A DNA stretch of 64,000 bases, taken from Paraspadella gotoi. Lineage: Eukaryota; Animalia; Chaetognatha. Below the pieces are notes generated by a model. That model had not been told where the DNA came from and ran no database searches. It was given only the letters and a program-made list of their open reading frames with translations. The DNA lies in contig CM119271.1 of the NCBI GenBank assembly GCA_051294375.1, positions 5,302,371-5,366,370 of the forward strand. Reading direction: 5' to 3'. The stretch's first letter is position 1; each line of letters opens with the position of its first letter. Shown piece after piece: positions 12,018 through 22,633 of the stretch. Both the position numbers and the translations under genes were made by a program.

Positions 12018-15000
12018 ACTTTCTTCTTTTCTTTCTTTCTGTCTTTCTCTTTCTTTTCTTTCTTTCTCTCTCTTTTTCTCTAAGTTTTTCTTTCTATTTG
12101 TTTATATTTCTTTCTTTCTTTCTCTCTCGTGTGCTCCTTGTCTTGCTCAATGCTCCACAAAGGCGCAAATGGCTTTGAAGGCAAAATTTGATTCGAGAAT
12201 TTCCTGAATAGGAATTGCGGTGAAATACAAACAATTCTAGCGTCAATACCGATACTTTCTTTTTTATAATAATCTTTTAGATTTTTTCCTCGTTTTAATT
12301 AAAGATATAATTATTTGGCTACGATATTAGCAGGACGCCTTATTTCGTGCTCTTCTCTTCTCTCTCTCTCTTCTCTCTCTTCTCTCCTCTCTCTCTCTCT
12401 CCATCTCTCCTATCTCTTCTCTAGTTCGATCTGATCGTCTTCTCTCTCTCTCTCTTCTGCTCTCTCCTCTCTCTCTCTCTCCCTCTCTCTCTCATCTTTC
12501 CTCATGTTCGACATCGTTATCTTTATAATCTTCCTCATACCAATTTAATTTTCCACTTTTTTCAAGAATCTCCTACCATTTCTCCTTTTGCCTTTTACTC
12601 CTTTCTGTATCTTCTTGCTCCCTCCTTCATTCTCACAGTAGAGTGATTGAAATTGATAAAAATTTTATGAATTTAATTTAGCACTAAGATATGAAAATAA
12701 AGGTCCAATAAAAAAATACTTTGATATTTTTTTAAAAAAAATTATACATTGCTGGGCTTACCAAGTGAGCTATATTTATTTGTGTTAATAACCAAGAAGT
12801 ATCTATATTTATAAGTTTAAATGTTTAAAATAAAAAATTTGTATTATTAATGATATTTATTATTTTTTTAATTTTAGATTTAAAATATATTTTTTTATTA
12901 ATTTGACCTACTAATAACATAATTTTTTTAATACATTATTCTGACGATTTTGAAATTTTTGATCTTATATTAAGGGTAATACAATAAAAAATAAGCTTAC
13001 TAGGTAACTAGCAAATCAAAAAAGAAAAATAATGATTAGGATTTATTAACAAGAAGAGTTTTTAAAATATAATCCGTTAATTTTGATTTTAAAACTCATC
13101 ACTACACCCACGAATTCACAACGCATTCGACTCAAATAACTTGTATCTGGTTCAAAATATAAACTGAGGGACTTTTGGAGAATTGCCAAAAGAGAGAGAG
13201 ACAGAGTAGACGGAGAGAGAAGAGCGAGACAAGAGAGAGCTAATAAAACCATTTTGCATGGCGAACCAACAAAAAACTCTTCATTGACTCTGTGGTCTTT
13301 ATTTATATTTATCTATCTCGTCGAAGGGAACCACATATAAAAAATTAAATGACAAAAAAAGAATCAAATAGTTGTGGATATTTTTTCTGTAGATTTCCTC
13401 CCTAATTAGAAAGAAAAAGAAACAATTAAGAACAATGTAGAACACTACGTTAAATTATGACGCTACTGTTTTCATTAAACAACCTACAATTGTAGATATA
13501 AACGCAAACCACAAACACAAAATCGCACTGAGACAGTCGCGCTATTGGAACGCTGTCGGCCATTTTTTTTTTCCGCTTCCCTCCAAAGCCTGCGATTTGC
13601 AATGCTTCCCCCCCCAACTTACTCCGCTCCCGCTGCTTTCTCCCCCCCTACCGGGCACCCCGCCCCCCCCCACACGGCATCACACCCATTCCATTTCGCT
13701 TTTCCCGCTTTTTTTTTTATTATGGAGCGCCTCTCGTTTCTATCACAACGCCAGCATCAATTCCTATTCACAAACGTAGGCGTTCGCGCGTCATTTGACT
13801 TTTCGATCCCATCAAAACTGTTTTTTCACCTCTGGCCGCCTGCTCTCTCTTCTCTCTCTCTCTCTCTCTCATCTCTCAGTCTTCTCTTTCTCTCCGTCTC
13901 TCTCTCCCTCATCTCTCTCTCTCTTCATCTCTCTGCTCTCATTCTATTTCGATACTGTCTCAGTGCGATTTTAGTGTTTGTGGTTTGGGTTTATATCTAC
14001 AATTGTAGGTTGTTTAATGAAAACAGTAGCGTCGATAATTTAACGTAGGTGTTCTTACATTGTTCTTAATTGTTCTTTTTCTTCTAATTAGGAGGAAATC
14101 TTACAGAAAAAATATCCACAACTATTTTGATTCTTTTTTGTCATTTAATTTTTTATGTTGTGTTTCCCTTCGAGAGATAGATAAATATAAATAAAGACCA
14201 CGAGTCAATGAAGAGTTTTTGTGGTTCGCCATGAAATGGTTTTATAGCTCTCTCTGTCTCGCTCTTTCTCTCCGTCTCTCTGTCTCTCTCTCTTTGGCAA
14301 TCTCCAAAGTCCCTCAGTTTATATTTTGAACCAGATACAAGTTATTTGAGTCGAATGGTGTGAATTGGGGTGTAGTGATAGTTTAAAATCAAAATTAACG
14401 ATTATATTTTAAAAACTCTCTTGTTAATAAATCCTAATCATTATTTATTTTCTTTTTTATTATTGTAGTAACCTAGTAAGCTTATTTTTTTATTGTATTA
14501 CCCTTATATAAGATCAAAATTTCAAAATCGTCAGAATAATTATTTAAAAAAAATTATGTTATTAAGTAGGTCAAAATTATAAAAAAATATATTTTAAATC
14601 TAAAATTAAAAAATAATAAATATCATTAATAATACAAATTTTTATTTAAACATTTAAACTTAATATATAGATACTTCTTAGTTATTAACACAAATAAATA
14701 TAGCTCACTGGTAGCCAGCAATGTATAAATTTTTTTAAAAAAATATCAAAGTATTTTTTTATTGGACCTTATTTTCATATTCTTAGTGCTAAATTTTAAA
14801 TTCATAAAATTTTATCAATTTCACATCACTCTACTGTGAATGAAGGAGGGAGCAGAAGATAAGAAAGGAGTAAAAGGGCAAAGGAGAAATGGTAGGAGAT
14901 TTGAAAAAAGTTGGAAATTAAATTGGGATGAGGAAGATTATAAAGATAACGATGTCGAACATGAGGAAGAGAGAGAGAGANNNNNNNNNNNNNNNNNNNN

Positions 15001-16671
15001 NNNNNNNNNNNNNNNNNNNNNNNNNNNNNNNNNNNNNNNNNNNNNNNNNNNNNNNNNNNNNNNNNNNNNNNNNNNNNNNNNNNNNNNNNNNNNNNNNNNN
15101 NNNNNNNNNNNNNNNNNNNNNNNNNNNNNNNNNNNNNNNNNNNNNNNNNNNNNNNNNNNNNNNNNNAGAGAGAGAGAGAGAGAGAGAGAGCGAAATAAGG
15201 CGTCTGTAATATCGTAGCCAAATAATTATATCTTTAATTAAAACGAGGAAAAAAATCTAAAAGATTATTATAAAAAAGAAAGTAATCGTATTTGACGCTA
15301 AGAATGTTTGTATTTCACGCAATCCTATTCAGGGAATTCTCAATCAATTTTGCCTCAAAGCCTTTGCGCCTTTGTGAGCATTGAGCAAGACAAGGAGCAC
15401 ACGAGAGAGAAAGAAAGAAAGAAATATAAAAAATAGAAAGAAAAACTTTAGAGAAAAAAGAGAGAAAGAAAGAAAGAAAGAAAGAAAGAAANNNNNNNNN
15501 NNNNNNNNNNNNNNNNNNNNNNNNNNNNNNNNNNNNNNNNNNNNNNNNNNNNNNNNNNNNNNNNNNNNNNNNNNNNNNNNNNNNNNNNNNNNNNNNNNNN
15601 NNNNNNNNNNNNNNNNNNNNNNNNNNNNNNNNNNNNNNNNNNNNNNNNNNNNNNNNNNNNNNNNNNNNNNNNNNNNNNNNNNNNNNNNNNNNNNNNNNNN
15701 NNNNNNNNNNNNNNNNNNNNNNNNNNNNNNNNNNNNNNNNNNNNNNNNNNNNNNNNNNNNNNNNNNNNNNNNNNNNNNNNNNNNNNNNNNNNNNNNNNNN
15801 NNNNNNNNNNNNNNNNNNNNNNNNNNNNNNNNNNNNNNNNNNNNNNNNNNNNNNNNNNNNNNNNNNNNNNNNNNNNNNNNNNNNNNNNNNNNNNNNNNNN
15901 NNNNNNNNNNNNNNNNNNNNNNNNNNNNNNNNNNNNNNNNNNNNNNNNNNNNNCTCTGGTCAAAAGATGGGGTCCTTGCAGTTTTCAGATTAACTCTTGC
16001 AAAGGGTTATAAATTCAGAATCATTAAGCATTACTCTAGAATACATTGGTACTACAATGTTCTCCTTTTGTTTTTTTTTTATTGTTCTTCCAATGCGTTC
16101 TCCCATTCAATCCCATTCTCCTCGCGCGACCAGATCTCCGAATGTCACTTCGTTCAACCGATTCTTCGTTCTACTTTCGCGCGACGCCCACTGTTCTCCG
16201 TCCAAATTCTCAAAGCGGAACTCGCGGCGCCGATAAAGTTAATTTGTACGAAGACAATTTCTCTGCGCATGCGTCGATTTTTTTCTTCTCCTCCCCCCAG
16301 CCAACGATTGGGCCAATTGACGGGTCGAATTATATTCTTCCGGCTCTGAACTTGTCGTTAATGATCCGGGTTTTAATTTGTGAGCCTCTCAGGCGAAATG
16401 GGTAGACAAATCGTCGAATGAAAACAGAATCAAACGGTTTGAACGACTTGAGATTAGCGGATCGCCTGATCTGATTTAATTTAAATCTGGAAGGAGTGTG
16501 TTGCTTTAACTTAACAGGCTGCAAAGGGACGTTATTTTCCACCAAAAAGCACTTATCTTGCTTATTTGTCTATAGAAAAAAAAACTGATAACAATAACAC
16601 CATGAAATGAATTAAATAATAAATGAATAAACAAATTAAAAGAAATAAATCCGAAAAAAGGGTAAGCTCAC

Positions 16672-16768
16672 CTGATCCATCTGGCTGCACTGAGGACTGG
16701 TAGTGACGACGAGCGTAATGTTGAGGATGTTGCCACACCGATACTCCCCGCCGTCGTGGAGTTCCGCC
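16672..16768 (-). CDS. Ig-superfamily protein exon: AELHDGGEYRCGNILNITLVVTTSPQCSQMDQ
   Basis: Acceptor CCCCTCAACGAACAG, donor CAG|GTGAGC; contains the Ig F-strand motif D-x-G-x-Y-x-C and G-strand ITLVV; phase-2 start matches the previous exon. Confidence 0.85.
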
Positions 16769-17010
16769 CTGTTCGTTGAGGGGCAGGAGGGTTGGGAGTG
16801 GGGTTAAAATATTTAAGGGGAGGGAATGAGGTTAAAGTGACTGAAAAAAAAAACACCGATTATTTGAAATGCCATCTGTGATACGTTTTACGTCGGTAAA
16901 CTTTTATACTAAAATGAACAAAGAACAACAGCAACGACAACAAAAAAAAAAAACCCGAAAAAAAGGGTCTCCTTTTCGGAGAACAAAAAAAAATTCGGCA
17001 TTTTCCAGAC

Positions 17011-17111
17011 CTCCTGATGACCATGGTGTAGACTCCTCTTTGATGATGATAAAATCCGAATTTAAGAAGATCGATCGTCTGATCGAAAGCCTCTGAACCG
17101 AAAGACAACAC
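17011..17111 (-). CDS. Ig-superfamily protein exon: VLSFGSEAFDQTIDLLKFGFYHHQRGVYTMVIR(R)
   Basis: Long pyrimidine tract + TCTCTAG acceptor, 101 bp (phase 0 to 2), GT donor; joins both neighbouring exons in frame; YTMVI fits the Ig E strand. Confidence 0.8.
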
Positions 17112-17854
17112 CTAGAGACAGAGAGGGAGGGGGAGGGAGAGGGAGAGGGAGGGGGAGAGAGAGGGGGAGAAGAAGGCGAGAGAGAGGGGGGGGAGAGAGG
17201 CGAGGAAGAAAGGGGATGGAGAGGGGAGGTGAGAGAAGATAGAGACATAAATATTCCGATATTTCTCGCTTCTTTTTCTTTTTTTTCCTTTCCTCACCTT
17301 TCCTTTTCCTTACCTTCTTCCAATATTTACTCGGTTTCCGCCATAATTCTCTCTGGGAGCGATTTCCATCTTTTTGGCTTTTATCTCGAAATCTTTTTTA
17401 ACGATTTGTTTATTATGAAAAAAGATTTACTAAAAACGTTGGTTTCTATTCGAGGAGGTTTTTGTTAGTTTTCAAAAAGAAATTTTCATAGTTTTTTACC
17501 AAAAAGAATTTACCTATTTTTTAAAAAAATTCGTTTAACGTTAAATCTAAAATTATTTTGGGAGAGAGTGAATTTATTTAAAAAAACTTGATATAGAATA
17601 AGTGATTATACAAATGATAGATTTCATTTTTCCTTAAATACTATTGCTTCTCGTCATAATCAAGAAATCTCTGGAAATTAAAATAGTGCTGCTTAATTTC
17701 GTAATCTCCAATCATCAAAATTATTCAATCCCTACAGACATCCCGCACTCTCAAAAGTTTCAAACTTCTCCCGCGACAACCCACTGCTCTCTCGCACTTT
17801 GACTGCTACTTCTGCCACTTCCCATGCCACTTCCGACCGCCATTTCCCCAAGAC

Positions 17855-18189
17855 CTGATTGGTGTCCGATTTCATCCAAATCGCCGGTCGCTTGGAGACG
17901 CAATGGAACTCGACGGTGGCGCCGACTGGAATCACCATCTTTCTCGTCAGCGGCGTCATGGCGCCGCCGACGGACGCCGCGCCGGCGATTCCGCGTCGAA
18001 CGACGCCGCGTGGGGCTCGAAGGGCGCGCCGGGGCGGCGACGGATCGACGCCGAATTCGCCGTAGGAGGCGGCGCCGTCGTCGTGCCGAGTTCGAGTCCG
18101 ACCGGCGTCCATTTTTTGGGAGGAGGAGGAGGAGGAGGAGGAGGATGAGGAGTAGGTATGGGGTAAACGGTTCCTGAGCGTTGACCAGA
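17855..18189 (-). CDS. Ig-superfamily protein exon: linker plus PLTRKMVIPVGATVEFHCVSKRPAIWMKSDTNQ
   Basis: TCATCTCAG acceptor, fully open GC-rich frame (includes ORF 17732-18112), CAG|GT donor in phase 0; G-x-x-V-x-F-x-C (B strand) and W (C strand). Confidence 0.8.
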
Positions 18190-18869
18190 CTGAGATGAAT
18201 GGACGGGGGTAAAGGAGAAATGGTTATTCGAGTTCAGTTTTAAAGTTTGTCAATTAAGTGGGTTTTTTTGGTTTGTTTTTTTTTAAAACTAATTAATTAC
18301 AGCTTCACCACCTAAAATAAACTAAGTTTTAAACATGGATTCCCAATATCAACTTGGTATCGCTTAACGAACGAATCCTAATCGAATTCGATTCTCGAAG
18401 GAATCATTAGATACGATGTTTTTACGCAGGAAACCCGGTCCGGCCCCGTCGCGTCGCGAGGTCCCCGTTGCCTCGTTTAAAGTTTAGTAGAGGAATTAGC
18501 GGAGCCTTTGGAGGTTGACGGTTTTTTTATTTATTAAAATTAATAAATCCTCCGTTTGATATTTTTTTTTGGGTCTTATAGCTATTAAGATAATTAAAGT
18601 CATTAAGATAATCATATTATTGATTTTTCATTTTTCAATCAAATTGAGTTGTACATCAAAAACTATCAAAATTGCTTTAAAGAAAATAAATTTTCTCCGC
18701 CTCAATCGCAGAACTGCGAACATTTTTCTGATTGATGATTATCGTGATCGATGTCATCCCTAAATCTTAACATAATAGATATATAATAGATAATAAATAT
18801 ATAAGAGATCTTAACATAATAGATATATAATAGATATATCAATTCTGAAAACCTTGGTTAGTAAAGATT

Positions 18870-19158
18870 AAAAAAACAAGGAACGGTTATTCCAAGGTGT
18901 TGTGCCGCATTACTTTTCTTTTTATTTATCATGTCATTTATTCCTGATAGTTTATAAGATTTCTTTAAAAACAAAAGGCGGCGCCAGTAGTCGATTAGAT
19001 TTGATTTTTAACAAATGAGCAACAAACTATAAGCAAGTTATAAGCGTTTTTAACGTAAGTGGGACAAACCGACGGACAGACGGAACGACCGACCGACCGA
19101 CCGACCGAAAAGTGACTTATAGAGCTGTTCCGCGAGTATTCGCGGCGCAACTAAAAAA
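18870..19158 (-). mobile_element. Helentron/DINE-1-like non-autonomous element, intronic
   Basis: AAAACAAG terminus, GAGCAACAAACTATA block, (CCGA)n, AAAAGTGACTTATAGAG..CCGCGAGTATTCGCGG..CAACTAAAAAA. Confidence 0.65.
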
Positions 19159-19182
19159 GCAAATATAAAAAATAGCAAAAAC

Positions 19183-19364
19183 CTCGCGACGCCTCTCCGT
19201 CTCCACAAAACAAAAAGAAGAAAAGAGAGACAAACAGTTTGACTTCAGAAAGAATCGACGACAAACGATGACGACGACGACGACGACGCACGACGACGAC
19301 GACAAATTCGGTTTCTTCTCTCCTTTTTTTCCCGTGGAACAAACAAGAGATAAATTGCGAAAAC
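19183..19364 (-). CDS. Candidate upstream exon with signal-peptide-like segment (..RRRHRLSSILSEVKLFVSLFFFLFCGDGEASR)
   Basis: Open frame with basic then hydrophobic stretch; phase-1 GT donor matches the phase-1 acceptor at 18189. Weak donor (GTTTTT), no ATG, partly simple repeat. Confidence 0.3.
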
Positions 19365-21991
19365 CTATTTTTGGCGCAAGTAATTTGAGGTCACGAAACG
19401 GGATGGAAGGGGGGGAGGGGAAGAGAGGGAGAAAGGGGAAGAAGAAGGGGAGAGAAGGAAGAGAGGGAGGAGGAAGGGAAGCGTGGGAGGGGACGGGAAA
19501 AGAGGGGAAGGAGAGGGAGGAGAGAGGGGGGAGAGGGAAGTGAGGGAGGAGAGGGGAAGAGAGAGAGGAGAAGGGAAGAGAGGGAGGAGAGGGAGAGAAA
19601 AGGAGAAGAGGGGAAGGAGAGGGAAGAGAGGGAGAAGAGGGAAGTAGAAAGGAAGGAGAGGGGAAGAGAAAGAAAAGAATGAAAGAGAGGGGAAGAGAGG
19701 GAGGGGAAGAGGAAGAGAGGGAAGAGAGGGGAAGAGAGAGAGCAGAGTTTTGCGAAGTCCGAGGAATAGAGGACAAGTGATGACCCGCCTCCCTTTCTCT
19801 ATTTCTCTCTCTGTCTGTCTGTTTTTCTGTCCGTCTTTCTTTCATTTAATCTGTCCATCGGTTTGACTGTCAGTCACTCTGTCTTTCTATCTTCCTCTCC
19901 CCCCCCGATCACCTCCCCCCCTTCTCACCTTCTCCATCCTCCGTGACTACCCTGTGATGTTGTGACAAAGTTTTTGGCGAGACGAGCAGCAAAATCCAAA
20001 ACACGAGCAACGAGAAACGCTGCGCGTAGCGCATAGTTTTTTCCATAGCGTAGCGTTGTAGCGCGTAGCGTAGTGTGAAAGCCGAACGGGTTTTTTTTTC
20101 TGTTTTGTTTTTTTGTTTTGTTTTTGTTTTTTGTTTTTTTGGCGTGCGCGAAGTTTTAATGTGCGTGCGACGCCGGTTTTATTGCTTTATTCCCTTTTCG
20201 TTGTTGTCGTCGTGGTCGTCGTCGCGTCGTCGGTTCGTTTATCGTTTGGGTTGTCGAACGCTTTTAGAAGCAGCAACGAACGCATCATGTTTCGAAAAGA
20301 GAGAGAGAGAGAGAGAGAGAGAAGAGAGAGGAAGAGAGAAGAGGAGAGAGAAGAGAGAGAGAGAGAGAGAAAGAGGAAGAGAGAGACTTTTTTTTTCCGG
20401 ATACGAGCAGCGAGCCTCGCGGTCGTATTGAGTGAGAGTTGAGAGGGACGAGAGCTAGAGAGAGATAGCGAGAGAGAGAGAGAGTCGTATCGTTGCAATG
20501 GGCACAGAGGACCACTGGGTATTTTGTTGGCGAGTTCGAAACTGGAAAAATAAGAGACAAAAAATAGAGTAAACGACGGGTTAATTTGACGAATGCACTA
20601 TCGGAGTTATCAAATTTTTCAATCGCCACATGTCCAAATCTCCTCTCTCTCTCTCTCGTCTCAATCTCTCCATCCTCTCGCTCATCTCTCTTCTCATTCT
20701 CTCCTCTTCACTCTCTCATTCACGCCTCTCTCTGCTCACTCTTACGTAAGGCAACTCAATCGAAAGTTTTTCGAAAATGAGGAACGAAATTTTGAAAAAA
20801 AAAAAAAAAATATCGAAATTAAAACGGTTGGGGGGCGAAAGGTGACGATGGGGATAATAGAAATTTGGGGCCGCAGAAAAGTTAGACGGGCGACGTATAG
20901 GCGCCGCAAAAAATGGCAATTAAAACGAGGTCAGGCGCTGGAAAAATGCGAGACGGCGAGGTTCCACGGCTCTGCACCTTATAAAAATAACGTGGGTCGA
21001 AGTCAGCGAAAATTGGCGTAATCGTGAAGAACCAAAAAGTAAGCAGATAACGTTGGGACTTAAGTCCCGAAATCATAACCCGGTAAGAACGGCGTGGCGG
21101 GTTGGCACCAGTATAACAGGAAGAAAGCATGGCAGCGGTTCCGAAACAGGTAGAAGGCATGGCCGCGAGATCGCGAACGGGTAGTCCCATGGAAATGGCA
21201 TGGCGCGGAGCCTGCAAATTGTATTTTCCAGGTCCCACTATTCGTTAAGAACATCGACAGAGAAAAAAATGGCGGCCATGAAGGAAAAAAAATTTCGGCG
21301 GCGAAAAAATTATCGATTTTTTATTTTTTTTGGTTTTGTTTTTTACCTTTGAAAAATAGAAAAAAAAAATATTCAAAAGGGGAGGAAAAGGGAAAAAAAG
21401 AGAGAGAAGAAAAAAGGGAGGAAAGGAGGAAAAGAGAGAGAAGAAAAAGGGAGGAAAGTAAAAAGAGAAGAGAATAGAAATGAGGAAGGAAGGGAAACAG
21501 AGAGAAGAAAGAAAAAAGGGGCGAGAGAAATAAAAAGAGAGAATAGAAAAAGGGGAAGGAAAGGAAAAAAGACGAGAGAAGAAAAAAAAAGGGAGGAAGA
21601 AAAAAGAGAGAGAAAAAAGGGGAGGAAAAAGGAAAAAAGGGAGAGAAGAAAAGGGGAAGTGAAAGGAAAGAGAGAGAAGAAAAAAAAGGGGGAAGGAAAA
21701 GGAAAAAGAGAGAGAAGAAAAAGGGGAGGAATAGAGAAAAGAGAGAAGAAGAAAAAAAACAGGAAGAAAAAGAGGAAAAAGAGGAGAGAAGAAAAGAGAA
21801 GAACAAGGGAAAGAGAGAGAATAAAGGGAAGGAAAGGAAAAGAGAGAGAAAAGAGAAGGCAGAAGAAAGGAAAGAGAGAGAAGAAAAAACGGAGGAATAA
21901 AAAGGAGAAGAAAAAAGAAAGTAAACTGGTGAGACATGAAACGAGAGTAAAAACTACGCAGGTGTAAATAATGAGGCATGTTGCGAGAAAA

Positions 21992-22029
<38 letters not shown>

Positions 22030-22588
22030 AGTGAAGAGAAAAGGAGAGACGACGGGAGAGAACGGCCAGAATCTGAACCACATTGACCGATTGACCGATC
22101 GACCGGACACGAGACTGACCTGACTCTTTACTCCACTCTTTTCATCTCCCTCTCTCTCTTTCTCTCATCTGCTCTCTCCAAACTTTTACTTGGACAAGAC
22201 CAAACAAGACAGAATTTAGATTTCACTGGAATCACATTCTTAGAGAGACGCGTCAACTACTTTTGCTTACAAAGTTTATTTAATACGTTTATTAAACTGA
22301 GAAGATTCTTCCTACGATTAAATTGGATCCTCTACGATTTAATTGATTCATCTCGAATTTGATCTCGAATTTTCTCTACGGATTTTTGTCTAGCACATTT
22401 ATTACATTTATTTACATTTATTCCGCATATTCTATCTTTTTCCGAACTTTTGAAGGCTTCAGTTTACAGAAACGTTTTGGGATACTTTTCGATCAGAAAG
22501 TTGCGACCAGAAGTGGAAACCATCCGCTCACCTCAAAGAGGCGTAGGAGCCAAGCTTCTCTACAGAGAGAGAGAGAGAGAGGAATAGA

Positions 22589-22633
<45 letters not shown>

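Larger units (their letters stand above)
7050..13537 (+). repeat. Left arm of ~6.4 kb inverted duplication (error-rich copy, probable fold-back artefact)
   Basis: Reverse complement of 13954-20240 throughout, e.g. AAAATCGCACTGAGACAGT ending 13537 vs ACTGTCTCAGTGCGATTTT starting 13954. Differences are mostly 1-nt indels; begins right after a 25-N gap. Confidence 0.9.
13954..20240 (-). repeat. Right arm of inverted duplication (higher-quality copy)
   Basis: Reverse complement of 7050-13537; continues without a gap into the sequence at 20240+; exons here are intact. Confidence 0.9.
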
